A DNA stretch of 64,000 bases from Mobula hypostoma (lineage: Eukaryota). Positions 48,461-62,109 of the stretch are shown in pieces (position 1 is the first letter of the stretch; every line of letters starts with the position of its first letter). The notes under the pieces are model-generated. The model had not been told where the DNA came from. It made no database searches and saw only the letters and a program-made list of their open reading frames with translations. The DNA is taken from NCBI RefSeq assembly GCF_963921235.1, contig NC_086108.1, positions 106,022,001 through 106,086,000 of the forward strand, written 5' to 3'. Position numbers and translations under genes: made by a program.

Positions 48461-49609
48461 CATTTATTATTATTTCTTCATTTTGTATTTGCCCAGTTTG
48501 TCGTCTTCTGCACTCTGGTTGAACTCCCTGGTTGGGCAGTCTTTCATTGATTCTGTTATGATTATTATTCGATAGATTTACTAAGTATGCACACAAGAAA
48601 ATGTGGATGAGAGGTGTTAATAGAGGTGTACCAGGTAATAAGAGGCATCAATTGAGTGGATAGCCAAAAAGATTTTCCCAAGGCAGGAACGGATTTTTCC
48701 ATGGGGCATACAGTAAATGGAGGAAAGTACAGGGGGGATGCCTAAGATGAGTTTTTTTAATCAGTATGTGGTAGCTGCCTGGAACACCTTGCTGGGATGG
48801 TGGTAGAGGCATATACTGTATATTCAAGCATTTAAGAAACTCTTAGATAGGCACATGGGTGACAGATAAGTGAAGGGCTGCACAGGAGGGAAGTGTTAGA
48901 TTGATTTTAGAGTTTGCACCACATTGTGTAATTTTCTATGTGCTATGTTCTATTAAGTTTAATAAAAATATATGACATTTTCAACCTGGGAGAAAGATTT
49001 GGACTACCTATCCTATCAGTACTTTACATGATTTCATACTGTACATTTCAATCAAATCCTTCCTCAGTTTCCAACACCCCAGAGAAAACGATCCTGGTTT
49101 GACCAACGTCTATTTATATCTAATGCACTTCAATCTCGACAACATTCTGGTACCCTTCTGCATGCTTTACATTCTCCATATGGTATGGTGACTAGAACTG
49201 CACATAATACTCCAAATGTGGCCTACCAATTCTAACACAGAAGCGAGAAAATGTTGCAGGGAAATAAGGAGAAGAGAAGGGATTTTTCTGTCCAGACCAA
49301 GTATGGACCCAATGGACACTGTGGCATTCCTCAGAGTTTTAAGTAAGTTGACTTCAAGTCATCGATGTGTTATATTCAGGAAATATTATACAACTGTCAT
49401 ATTCCAGGGAAAGAAATTGATCTATTAGGTTCAGCGAATACTATGAGTTAATCTCAATGTTGTGAGCCTGTCTGGTTCAGGGATAGTCAGCTCAAGAACT
49501 CAGTGCATGAATGAAAAGAGGTTAAAGTGTTGGCAAAACATTGTGGCCCAAAGGACCCGTACTGTGCTGTTATGCTGTAATGTTCTGTGTTCTATGATCT
49601 ATAACCCTA

Positions 49610-51803
49610 TTCCAAAAAATAAAATTAATTAAAAGCCCCCAAAACAAGCACAGAGTGAGGAATGCAAGGCTCCACTCAACGTTGGAAAATATTCCAAAGT
49701 TGAATAAAAATAGTGGATGGATCTCCAATCAAGTTGTGGATGACTCAGCCAATCACATCCCTGCAATGCAGGCCCTCCTGTTTTGACCACAGGCACACCC
49801 AATGTAGTTTGTTGTTGTATTTCACTGTTGTGAATGTCATTCTCACAGGAGTTATCTTTTCTCCGGTATATATTCTAAGTTGGATATCTGCAGGCTTCAG
49901 TTCAGTAACTTTTATCTTTGAAATGCTATTCAAACTTATTTTGTGGAATGACTGAAACAGGCAAGTCAGTGTCCAATTCCATTTTAATAAATTTGCCATT
50001 CACTTCAGGTGTAAGCCATATTGCTTGTCTATTGTTAGTTTTCACATAGTAAATCTTAAGGCGTGTTTTGCATCACTCTCATCAGACTTTTCATCAACAG
50101 CATGCAGATTAGTGTTCTGTTTGAAACTGCAACTTGACCTTTATCTTTTTCTCTTTCCTCTGCAGTCCATCTATTTTTGTCTGCCTGACGTGTTCTTTGT
50201 ATTTGTCTTTTTTTTTGCATTTTTTGCAAGTTGCACCTTTAAATGTGTGTTGGTCTGGTGAGTATGAACCCCTCCCACAATGGTAGTGCAATTTATTTGG
50301 CCGGGCGCATTTCAGTTCAGACATTGCAACTTTGTTCCTGCTCACGTCCATTCCTGACAGCAACTCAATGCCATCTCTGTCTGCTGTTTCCATTGATACA
50401 GCTATTTCATCTGATCTTTTAAATGTAAATTGTGCATCAGTTAGGAGCCATTTTTGAATGTTTTGTTGTAAGATTCCACAAAATAAGTAATTCTTCCATG
50501 CATCAATAAGCCCATTACTGAACTAACAATGCTCAATCTCTTTAATTCAGCCACATACACTGAAATGAAATTCCTTTCCTTTTGATTCCGCTTATGAAAC
50601 CTAAAGCATTTTACAATCAACAACGGTTTTGATTCTAGGTGTTCCTACGTTAGTTTCACAGTATCAGCAAAACTCATTTTGGCTGATTTGGTTGGAGCAG
50701 TTAAAGTCCAAAGCAAACTGTATGCCTCTAATTCCATTTCACTCAGCAAAACTGATGTTTCTCATTGACTATTCTATTTGCTTTAAAATACTTCTCAATT
50801 AGCTCAGTATACCTGAGCCAGTTATCTGTTGTGCAATCAAGTATGTCTATCTTTCTGATGTAGCCAGCCATTTCTGCTCTTGCTTTATGATTATTATCAC
50901 ATGGTACTCAATGTCCATGAGCTCCATGAATTTCATTCATTCCCTGTCTTTTTTTAAACATGATCATCTTTCCTTTTGTGAAGAAAGAAAAAAATGGTGC
51001 TTTTAATTTTTAACTTAATTGTCACTGTGCTTTTTAAAAAAAACTCAAACAGCTCGTTACACTTCAACAGGTAGGTGGCTACCTCATGGTCATTTAAAAC
51101 TTTTTCATCACCATTGTTATGTTTTGTAACTCCAACGTAAAATTAATTAAAAGCAAAAAAAAATCATAGTGCAAATCTAACTTTATGAGGCATGCACATA
51201 CCATATGGTAGTGTCATAATGTATGCAGGTCACTTACAGTAATTTTACATATAAATCATAATGAATTATTTAAAAGAACAAGAATGCATAATTTACAAGG
51301 ATGTTGCCGGGTCTTGAGGACTTGAGCTATAAGAGAAGATTGAATAGGTTAGGACTTTATTCCTTGGAACGTAGAAGATTGAGGGGAGATTTGATACAGG
51401 TAAGCAAAACTAGGAGTGGTATAGATAGGGTAAATTCAAGCAGGCTTTTTTTTACTGAGGTTGGGTGGGACTACCACCAGAGGTAATGGCTTAAAGGTGA
51501 AAGGTGAAAAGATTATGGGGAACATGAGGGGAATCTTCTTTACTCTGAGGATGGGGAGAGTGTGGAATGAGCTGGCAGCTGAAGTGCTGTATGCTAGCTT
51601 GGTTTCAACATGTGAGAGAAGTTTAGATAGGCAAATGGATGGATGGCTATGGTCCCAGCAAGTCGATGGGCGTAAACAGTTTGACAAAGATTAGAGAGGC
51701 TGAAGGGCCTGTTTCTGTGCTGTACTTTTGTTTGACTGTATGACTCTTATCAAAGAATATATTTACAATATTGCTTAAATATTACTGAAATATTAAATAC
51801 ACA
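49610..51803 (-). mobile_element. Second, older Gypsy relic (gag-protease part, PBS, LTR split by CR1)
   Basis: 'FRFHKRNQKE..YVAELKRL', 'LRIYTGEKITP'; PBS-like 'catcacca' before 'tgttatgttttgt' at ~51115. Confidence 0.7.
51292..51745 (+). mobile_element. CR1 3' fragment
   Basis: 'MLPGLEDLSYKRRLNRLGLYSLERRRLRGDLI'. Confidence 0.85.
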
Positions 51804-51829
51804 AGAGTTCTCATCTGCCATCCCCCTCT

Positions 51830-52195
51830 CTCATTTAATTCTATGCTCCACCTTCTTCAATCAGGTTCTATCACTGCAGCTCCTTTGTTGCCCCCATCAA
51901 TCACCTGCCAGCCTCCTTCACTCCCTCCACCCTTCTTTCCTTCCCCACCTGACTCCATCTGCTGCTAAACCCTTTCGCCTATCACCTGCCAACTCTAGTG
52001 CCACATGTTCCCTTTACCTCATTGTACTGGCTATCACTCATATTCTCTTTCAGTCCAGATGAAAGGTGTCAACATAAAGTGTTGGCTTCCCATTTTTGAC
52101 TGCCCACTTCCCTCCATTGATGCTGCCTGATCTGCTGAGATCCTCAGCAGCGAGTTTTTGTGCTCCAGATTCTGGCATCTGCAGACTTCTGCACC
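51830..52195 (+). mobile_element. Penelope 3' region plus terminal unit
   Basis: 'cagtccagatgaaagg..gatgctgcctgatctgctgag..gcatctgcaga'. Confidence 0.6.
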
Positions 52196-52814
52196 TCAGC
52201 ATCAGAATCATCACTGGCGTATGTTGTTTTGTGGCAGCACTACAGTGCAAGACATGAACAATTTCTATAAGTTACAACAAGGAATATAAGAAGTAAATAA
52301 GTAGGGCAAAAAGAGTGAACGAGTGAGGTAGTGTTCCTGAGGTAGAGTGAGGAATGGGTCATGAACAGTTCAGAAATCTAATGATGGACAGGAAGAAGCT
52401 GTTGTTCAAATGCTGAGTTTGGTCTTCAAGCTCCTGTATCTCCTCCCTGATGGTAGTAATGAGAAGAGGGCATGTCCCAGATGCAGAGGGCCTTTAATGA
52501 TGAATGCTGTTCTCTTGATGCATTGCCTCTTGACAATGTCCTTCATGGCAGCAAATCTTGTGCCCATGATGCTGCTGGTTGAGTCTTCAACCCTCTGTAG
52601 CTTTTTCCGATCTTCAGCATTGGTGCCTCCATGTCAGTCTCAGATATCAGTTCAGAGTTATTAATGCATAGAGCCAGCCATGGACAAAACAACCATAAAT
52701 TTCAGAAGATATTTTTCTTCAGGATATTCAACAGGACTGTCAGGCAACGTAGAGATTTTTTTGGAAGGTTGCATAGAACTGGTTTTGACATATCATCATT
52801 TGTTTAATATGATC

Positions 52815-53157
52815 ATGTGGATTGATCATGTGTATAGTCAGAGGCTTTTCCCCAGGGCTGAAATGGTTGCCACAAGAGGACACAGGTTTAAGGTGCTGGG
52901 GAGTAGGTACAGAGGAGATGTCAGGGGTAAGTTTTTTACTCAGAGACTGGTGAGTGCGTGGAATGGGCTGCCGGCAACGGTGGTGGAGGCAGATACGGTA
53001 GGGTAATTAAGAGACTTTTGGATAGGTACATGGAGCTCAGAAAAATAGTGTGCTATGGTTAAGCCTGGTAATTTCTAAGGTAGGAACATGTTCCGCACAA
53101 CTTTGTGGGCCGAAGGGCCTGTATTGTGCTGTAAGTTTTCTATGTTTCTATGTTTCT
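52815..53157 (+). mobile_element. CR1 3' fragment (third family)
   Basis: 'SQRLFPRAEMVATRGHRFKVLGSRYRGDVRGKFFTQR' and (TTTCTATG)n tail. Confidence 0.85.
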
Positions 53158-54185
53158 AATGTACCTTCCCACAGGAGGTGAACAGCTTAGGCATCATTTC
53201 AAACCAAGGGCTTCAACTGTTATCGACCGTCTACGGTGCTTGTGGTTTGTGGCTTGCTTTGGTTTCCACCAAACTTTTGTTTTGTTTAGGTGGATCTGGA
53301 ATGTTGCTCTGATATTTTTATCTAAAATACATCAGGCTGACAGCTTTCTAACCTTTTGAAATAGCTACATGACCAGTTATCATTCACAAAAATCGATCAT
53401 CTCCAGAAGACATGCTGACCCTGTGCTTTACGAGCTGGTCTTGCTCACCCTGAGTAAGCTGTTGTGTTGCCATGCCAACACATTCAGCTTTCATCAAAGA
53501 ACTGGCCAAGGACTAAAATGAAAGGACAAACGATTTTCTGTCCAGAAAAAAAATCTCTTGAAACACATTTCGATTTCAAAATGAGATAAATCTGATTCGT
53601 GTATTTTTGTTAAACATAATGACTTTATTTTTGTGTTCTGCTCAGGAAAGGGAATGTTCTTGAAGACCAAAAGATAAAAGACAGACTTAAATTTCTGTAA
53701 AGGCTTTCACAATCTCATAGTCCTCTAAGCTACTTTACAGTCAAAGAAGTACTTTCTCAGCATAAGCTTCATCGTTCATTCATTGCCCGTCAAGAAAGCT
53801 GTGGAAAGCGACCTACAAATGAATAGCTGAAGTAGTTCAAAGTTTGAAGTTAATTTATTTCCCGAGTATACGGCGTATAGACAGCCTTGAGATCTGCTTT
53901 CTTGAAGACACCCACAGAAAAATAAAGTAATACTATAGAAACCACAAAAAGTCATTCATAATAAACACAGAGGCTTTGAAAGTGAGCCGACAGGAGTGAT
54001 GTCAGTTCAGCACTTTGGCGAGTGAAGCTATCTATTCATTAGGTATCAGTGAGATCCCCACCTCATTCTTCTAAACTCCAACAAGAACAGGTCCAGAAAC
54101 ATCAAAAGCCCCTCATACGTTCTCAGAATCATTCCCGCAAACCTCCTCTGGACCCTTTCAAATGCCAATACACCTTTTCTTTGAT

Positions 54186-54363
54186 GTTGTGGTGCTTGCT
54201 GCGCTTGGCAATTAGCTTGCGGACACCACCACCAGTCGAGGTGACATCCTCAGTGCACAGTTGTTGGTATTTCTCTCTGGAACTGCACATGTTTATATAG
54301 CCAGATGTTTGCTTGCCTTGAAAACGCCTCAACCTGAGCTACGAATATTCACCACCATCCTAA
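54186..54363 (-). mobile_element. Short insert in a CR1 fragment, probably the terminal repeat of a second Penelope-like family
   Basis: Flanked by imperfect 16-bp direct repeat acaccttttctttgat/acatcctttcttagat; minus strand has 'ctgagga tgtcacc tcgact ggtggt'. Confidence 0.5.
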
Positions 54364-55289
54364 ACATCCTTTCTTAGATAAGGAACCAAAACTGTTCACT
54401 GTAATTCAAATGCGGTCTGACCAATGACTTATAAAGCCACAGCATTACATCCTTGCTTTTATTTTCTAATCAATATCTGCTCCTGCTTCATTGCCTTCCC
54501 TGTTTCTCTCCCTCCTGCCTCAAGATTGAAGTCGAACAACCAGGTAAGATGGAACATCACCACGAATGCCATTTAACAATTCACGGCTGGCAGATGCTCT
54601 GGTGAGTGAGAAGCTGATCGGTTGACTGTGGGGCTACTTAAAGTAAATCAGCATATTCTGAGGTTGGAGCTTGTCTAAGCATGCAGAAGATCAATTGAAG
54701 TTACTGTTCTTCTTGCATCATTTGACAGTCAAAGAGCAGCTTGGCAGTTTGATTTGTAACAGCAGCAAGTGATGTATGCATTCATTGAGCGAGTCTGCTG
54801 TTGGAGCTTCAAAGTTTAAACTTTAGAGATCAGGGTCACCCTGAGATTCATTTTCTTGCGGGCATTCATAAGAAACACAATAGAATCAATGAAAGACCGC
54901 ACCCAACAAGGTAGATTTAAAAAATCAACGTGCAAAAGACAACAAACTCAGCAAACAAAAAAGAATATCGGGAACATGAGATGAAGGATCCTTGCAATTG
55001 AATCCATAAATTGTAGGATCAGTTCAGTGATGAAGTGAATGATGTCATCCCCTTTGGTTCAAGAGCCTGATGGTTGAGGGGTAATAACTGTTCCTGAACA
55101 TGGTGGTGTGAGTCCTGAGGCTCCTGTACCTTCTTTCTGAGGGCAGCAGTGAGAAGTGAGCATGACATGAGTGGCGGGGGTTTGCAATGATAGATGCTCC
55201 CTGTGACAGTGCACCATGTAGATACGATGAATGGTCTAGAGGTCTTTAGCTGTGATGGACTGAACTGTACCCTTAGAGGTAGTGAATTA

Positions 55290-55769
55290 GAAACATAGAA
55301 ACATAGAAACATAGAAAATAGGTGCAGGAGTAGGCCATTCGGCCCTTCGAGCCTGCACCGCCATTTATTATGATCATGGCTGATCATCCAACTCAGAACC
55401 CCGCCCCAGCCTTCCCTCCATACCCCCTGACCCCTGTAGCCACAAGGGCCACATCTAACTCCTTCTTAAATATAGCCAATGAACTGGCCTCAACTGTTTC
55501 CTGTGACAGAGAATTCCACAGATTCACCACTCTCTGTGTGAAGAAGTTTTTCCTAATCTCAGTCCTAAAAGGCTTCCCCTCTATCCTCAAACTGTGGCCC
55601 CTCGTTCTGGACTTCCCCAACATCGGGAACAATCTTCCTGCATCTAGCCTGTCCAATCCCTTTAGGATCTTATACATTTCAATCAGATCTCCCCTCAATC
55701 TTCTAAATTCCAACGAGTACAAGCCCAGTTCATCCAGTCTTTCTTCATATGAAAGTCCTGCCATCCCAG
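55290..55769 (-). mobile_element. CR1 3' fragment, young family
   Basis: ORF 55393-55764 is nearly identical to the end of the 679-aa ORF; (AAACATAG)n tail. Confidence 0.93.
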
Positions 55770-56099
55770 AATTCGCTGTGAACTAAAAATAAAAGCTTTG
55801 AGGCTTGGCTAATTTACTCATTAGCAGCGGAAGGGAATATAATTAAGTAGTGCTTTTCTGACTTCATTCATTACAACCTAGTCTGCCTCTTTCTTTACCC
55901 TTTACCTTCCCTGCTATCAGTGTTCACCAAACAAGTTAGTGTTTGGGAAGCTTTAGCTATGCATTGACAAGAAAGTGAAAAAGAAACCACTTTTCTGGAA
56001 GAATTATCACTGATTAAGTAAATCTACTTGGTAAACTGAATTACGTGAAACGCATGTATAATTACAAGCCAAGACTAATTACGTTGTAATATGCGTTCC

Positions 56100-57068
56100 A
56101 GGGCCACTTTATTAGGCACACATGTACACCTGCTCATTGATGCAAATATCTAGTCAGCCAGTCGTGTGGCAGCAACTCAATGCATACAAGCATCCAGACA
56201 TGATCAAGAAGTTCAGTTGTTGTTCAGACCAAACATCAAAATGTGATCTAAGTGACTTTGACTGTGGAATGATTGCCGGTGCCAGATGGGGTGAGTTGAG
56301 AACCCTGGAATTTTCATGCAGAGCATTCTCTAGAGTTTACAGCGAATGGTGTGAAAACCAGAAACACATCCAATAAGTGGCAATTCTATGGGTGAAAATG
56401 CTTTGTTAAAGAGAGAGGTCAGGGGAAAATGGCCAAGCTGATTCAAGCTGACAGGAGGGCCACAGTAACTCAAATAACCATGCATTACCACAGTGGATTG
56501 AAAGAAGCTGCAAAGAGTTGTAAACTTAGTCATCTCATTCATAGGCACAGGCCTCCATATTATCCAGTGCATCTTCAAGGAATAATGCCTCAAAAAGGCA
56601 GCATCCTTCATTAAGGACCCTCATCACCCAGGACATGCCTTTTCTTACCATTAGGAAGGAGGTACAGAAGCCTGAAGGCACACACTCAATGATTCATGAA
56701 TAGCTTCTTCTCCTCTGCCATCCGATTTCTGAATGGATATTGAACCCATGAACACAACCTCATTACTTTTTAATTTTTTAAAAAATGTTTGCACTATTTT
56801 GTGTATATATATATATATATATGAAATACTTAACATAATTCACATTGTTTTTTTCTCTATTATTATGTATTGCATGTACTTCTGCCACAAAGTTAACAAA
56901 TTTCACGAAATATGCTGGTGATATTAAACCTGATTCTGATTCTGAGAGGTGTGCGGAAGAGCTTCTCTGAAAGCACAACACGTTGAACTTTGAAGGGAGT
57001 CAGCTACAGCTGCAGAAGAGAACATTGAGTTCCACTCATCTACCTAATAAAGTGGCTACTGAGCGTAA
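56100..57068 (+). mobile_element. Tc1-like element interrupted by a Rex1 3' fragment (~56490-56945)
   Basis: TIR 'ggccacttttattagg' / 'cctaataaagtggctactgagcgta'; 'CDLSDFDCGMIAGARWG', 'MAKLIQADRRATVTQIT'. Confidence 0.8.
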
Positions 57069-57711
57069 CTGATTGTGTGAAAATATTGTACATGATCTGT
57101 GCTGTACTGATGATATGAACATTGACTGTATTGTGTTAGTTTGTACTTACTGTGTATGCCTACAAGAAAATGAATCTCAGGGTAGCATATGGTAATGTAT
57201 ATGTACTTTGATAATGAGTTTCCTTTGAACATTAGTCTTGAACTTTGAAGGACAACAACGTTAAGATCTATTCAGTACTATGGAACCAAAATCCTGAAGG
57301 GAATTTAATTGTTAATTTATCGTGATTCTGGCTTGAAGGAACAGCAGGCTATTTTTTATCATTTTAATTACTGTTTGCTTTTTATTTGAGTCTGGTTATG
57401 CAATGTTTATGTATTTATGGAGTGGTTAAACTAATAATGTCTCCCAATATGCATTATGCATTAGGAAATCACTTTATCATATATTGGCCTAATGAATATT
57501 GGTCTAAAGGCACTGGCGTGGAACCGATGCAATAATGTGCTAATGTAATATTTATATGTTTTTAACTAAGATCCAATTCCAATTTTGCCATATTCATGGA
57601 AGCCTAAACATTAATATTCCAACAGGATTCTTGTGACGCAGTAGTTGTGGCACGGAAGCTGGTTTGACTCAACCAGCCCATTAGGGATACACCACATGAA
57701 CCTCATCGATA

Positions 57712-58279
57712 TATACTCAGATATTCTCAGCAGCCACGTTATTAGGTTCTTCCTATACATAATAATGTTGCCACTGAGTGTATATTCATGCTCTTCTGCT
57801 GTTGTAGCTCGTCCACTTCAAGGTCCAGCATGTTCAACATGTCATGCATTCAGAGATGCTCTGCTGCACACTCCTGTTGTAACATGTGGTTATTTGAGTT
57901 ACTTTTGCCTTCCTGTCAGCTCGAACCAGTCTGATGAATCTCTGCAGACCTCTGTCACTAACAAGGCATTTTTGACCACAGAACTCCCACTCATTTTTTG
58001 TGTTTATGTTTCTCTGTAACTTCTAGAGACTGATGTGTATGAAATTTCAGGATATCAGCAGTTTTTGAGATACTCACTCCTCCCCATCTGGCACCAACAA
58101 CCATTCCATGGTTAAAGTCATTTAGATCATATTTCTTCCCCATTCTGATATTTGGACTGAATCTCCTGATACCCTGCCTGCATGCTTTTATGTATTGAGT
58201 TGCTGTCACACGATTGGCTGATCAGATACTTGCATTAATGAGCAGGCCTGCAGGGGTACCTAATAAAGTGGCCACTGAT
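57712..58279 (-). mobile_element. Tc1-like element, same family
   Basis: 'MGKKYDLNDFNHGMVVGARWGGVSISKTADIL'; TIR 'cctaataaagtggccactga'. Confidence 0.8.
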
Positions 58280-58554
58280 CGTATTTCCTTTCTCCATCAT
58301 GCGCTCATCCAACATACCTTGAAGGGAATCTATTTCAGCTGTTGTAACCAATATAACAAAAGCAAAGCATTGATTAAATCGAGAGTGAGAGAGAAAGAGA
58401 GACGACATAAAACCTTTCAGCAGCAGGAGTTGGGTCACCTTGGACATGAATCAAAAAGTTAGTGTGCGGTAACAGCAAGCGATTAGGAAGAGAAATATAT
58501 TGTTGAGTCCCTTATTGAATAGGAGGATAGAACAGAATAAAATGGATGATTTGT

Positions 58555-58920
58555 TATAGTTCAAGTTCAAGTTTATACACGTATACCACCAAATGAGACG
58601 ATCTTCCCCCGGACCAAGATACACAACATAGTATATATAGCTCACACAGAACACATAAAGTAGTACTACCACAAATAAACTCACAATTGATAAAATATAT
58701 TCCAGAAGACTGACATTTATCATAAGATTCATTTATGACACAAATCAAAAATAAGTGGTATCAATCTACTAGCACTTCATACATGATAAGGCCTGGGTGG
58801 TGGCAGAGAGTTCAGTAGCCTTACGGTCTTCGGGATGAAGCTGTCTCCAATTCTAACAATCCTTGTCCTAATGCTATGGTACCTCTTGCCTGATGGATGG
58901 AAGGGAGAGATCCTTGATAA
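58555..58920 (-). mobile_element. Rex1/Babar 3' fragment
   Basis: 'PSGKRYHSIRTRIVRIGDSFIPKTVRLLN'. Confidence 0.65.
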
Positions 58921-59089
58921 TGCTATGGGGCCTGTGTGCTCAGTACATCTGACAAGCGTCAAGATGCTGATGAGACTAAGTTCTGGTCCAATTTAGGAAG
59001 ATTTTATCTCAGTTTAAAGAAGGTTAACTACGTTTCTCCTGTGTTACTTGCTTTGTAGCTATGATTGTATGGCTATGAAACAGTTCCAA

Positions 59090-60000
59090 TGCCATATTTA
59101 AGTTTGCTCACCACTGTTGTTGGCCGAATCAAAGATGGTGATGAATCAACATGTAAGAGGGAGACTGAAAGTCTCATTGAATTGTCTCACAACAACTTCT
59201 CACTCAACACCAGTAAAAACACAGGAGTAGGAAGCCAGAGGTCCATAAGCCAGGCATCAGGGAATGAAAGGAGAAGAAGGCCAGTCACTTCAATTTCTTT
59301 GGCATTATTATATCTGAGGATCTGTCATCGGACCGGCGTATAAGCGCCATCACAAAGAAGGCATGAGATCATCTCTACTTTCTTAGAAGTTTGCACAGAT
59401 CTGACAAACTTCTATTGATGCACAGTGGAGGGTATCCTAACTGCTTGCATTGCAGCCTTGTATGGGAACATGAATGCCCAGGAATGAAAAGGCTGCAAAA
59501 AAAATGATGGAAACAGCCTGGTCCATCACAGGCAAAGCCCTCTTCACTATTGAACACATTTGCAAAGAATTCTGCCACAGAAAAGCAGCGTTCATCATCA
59601 CAAAACCCTACCATCAAAGCCATGCTCTCTTCTCACAATTACCACTGGAAGGAATTACAGAAGCCTCAGAGTCTACATGTTTCAGGAATAGATGGTTACT
59701 CTGTAACCATCAGGCTCCTGAACCAGTGTGGATAACTTCATTCGCTTCAATAATGAAGTGATTCCACAACCTACAAATTCGCTTTCAAGGAGGCTTTACA
59801 ACTCAGGTTCTCATATTTATATTATGTATATATATTAAAAACCTTATATTTACCCAATTTGTCAGTCTTTGTTCATGTGTAGTTTTTCTTAAATTCGATT
59901 GTAATTACTTATTTTCTTGTAAGTGCCTACAAAAAGTTAATCCACAGATGGTATATGGTAACATATATGTACTTCGATAATAATTTTTACCTTAACTTTG
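59090..60000 (+). mobile_element. Rex1/Babar fragment, decayed
   Basis: 'TTVVGRIKDGDES..NFSLNTSK', 'ETAWSITGKAL..HQSHALFSQLP'. Confidence 0.7.
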
Positions 60001-60269
60001 ACTGTACTTATTGGAAAAGTTAGAACTAAAAGTAATGAAAGTAAATGTAATCTTATTGAAACATTTACAATTCTAAGCAGATTTGACAGTAAATATTGAG
60101 ATAATGTTTTACGTTATGTGGAAGCCTGAAACTAAGAGGCGCAATTTCAAAGAAAGCAGTTACCTATTTAACTTAAAGCAGAAAAAGAAATTTTTCTTCT
60201 GGGCTTTTAACTCCTTGGCATTCTAAATGTCTGTGAGCTTCAACACAACCTCAATGGTACTATCTGAAG

Positions 60270-60650
60270 TGCTTAAGGGGAGCAAATCTGCCCGCAAGAT
60301 TGCTGACCAACTTTCATCAATGTGCGATAGAGAGCATACTGACATGCGGAATGGTGGTGTGGTACTCTAGCTGCAGCAAGACAGACCCCAAAGGACTCCA
60401 ACGGGTGATTAGGACGGTTCAGTACACCACTGGGACTCAGCTACCAGACCTGGAGATAACCTACAATTCTCGATGCATATGGTGCACTCATGACATCATT
60501 AAAGACCCATCCCATCCTGGATGCTGTCTGTTCAATCACCCTGGCATCTCGTAGAAGTCCCATCTTAGCCAAGACAGTAAGACTGAAAAGCAGCTGTTTT
60601 GCTACACCCTGGCTAGCCAATGGCCTTTGAATACTATGGACTACCAAAGT
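60270..60650 (+). mobile_element. Rex1/Babar fragment
   Basis: 'LTNFHQCAIESILTCGMVVWYSSCSKTDPKGLQRVIRT'. Confidence 0.75.
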
Positions 60651-61199
60651 CACTTGTTACACTGGGTGATGAACATGGAGCCAGGGAGTAATATGACGTC
60701 CTTCAGATAGTTCACAGAACTACTTCTTTTACTTCTTCTGCGACTGACAAATGACGCAGCATTAAATCGAACTGAACTGAACTGAATTGAACTAAACTGA
60801 ACATTCCTATTCTGTTTCAATGTGGTTTGTTGTTTTATATTCTATATTTTTGCTCCTTTTTTACCTTTTGCACAATTTGTTCTTTTTTGTGCATGTTGCG
60901 TGTTTGATGTTTTCTTGAATGGCCTCCATGATGTTTCTTTGTTTCGTGGCTGTCTGTGGAAAGTCGAATCTCAGGGTTGTATACTGCATACATACTTTGA
61001 TAATAAGTGTACTTTGAATCTTTGAATCTGCAAAAATTCCTTTTTTAAATTAAGCCTAATGCATGCATTGTGAATATCTGTTTTTGCATGGAGTGGAGTA
61101 GCACCATAGTCTTGAGCAGAGACAATAAATTTCCATTCTATTCTATTCTATGGAAGTGAGGTCATTGAATACATCCCATGTTGAGGTATAGGGATGTTT

Positions 61200-61557
61200 A
61201 GGGATTGGACAGGCTAGATGCGGGAAGATTGTTCCCGATGTTGGGGAGGTCCAGAACGAGGGGTCACAGTTTGAGGATAGAGGGGAAGCCTTTTAGGACC
61301 GAGATTAGGAAAAACTTCTTCACACAGAGAGTGGTGAATCTGTGGAATTCTCTGCCACAGCAAACTGTTGAGGCCAGTTCATTAGCTATGTTTAAAAGGA
61401 AGTTAGATATGGCCCTTGTGGCTACAGGGGTCGGGGGTATGGAGGGAAGGCTGGGTTCTGAGTTGGATGATCAGCCATGATCATAATAAATGGCGGTGCA
61501 GGCTCGAAGGGCCGAATGGCCTACTCCTGCACCTATTTTCTATGTTTCTATGTTTCT
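61200..61557 (+). mobile_element. CR1 3' fragment, young family
   Basis: Almost identical to ~37370-37725. Confidence 0.93.
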
Positions 61558-62109
61558 ATATACTGTTGGGATTTTTTTGATTACATGGCTATTAGGAGTT
61601 ATGGAGCAAAAATAATACTAGAGGCTAATTTCAGGTCAGCTGTCTTCTTCCTATGGAGTAGAAATGGTACAGAAGTTGTGAAGCCTGCTTTTGTCAGAAA
61701 ATGAATCAGATATTTTATCACTCAGGTAAGATGTGTTTGCAGGAGTAGTACAATGCAAAGACGTTATATATTACAAAGATAAATAAACAGTGCAAAAAAA
61801 GGAATAATGAGTGAGTGTGTATGGACTATTCAGTAAATGATGAAGAAGAGGACAAAGCTGTTCCCAAGTAGGTCTTCAAGCTCCTTGTACCTCCTCCATG
61901 ATAGTAGTAATGAGAAGATGACATGTCCTGGATGGTGAGGGTTCTTAGTAATGGATGCTCCCTTCTTGGAGATGTTCTCATTGTTCGAGAGGGTTGTGCC
62001 TGTGATGGATCTGGTTGCGTTGACAGCCTCCTGCAGCCTTTGGTTCCTACATCCTACATTTTAATGTTACTTGTGGTAGAAAATTTCACATTCTAGCCAC
62101 TCTCCTGGT

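Noticed and set aside
53365..53453. Possible 89-nt host exon (ctaac..atag acceptor, GTAAGC donor)
   Set aside because: Weak polypyrimidine tract, no recognisable peptide and no partner exons; needs RNA-seq
60769..60802. (GAACT)n array
   Set aside because: Simple pentanucleotide repeat with no spacers
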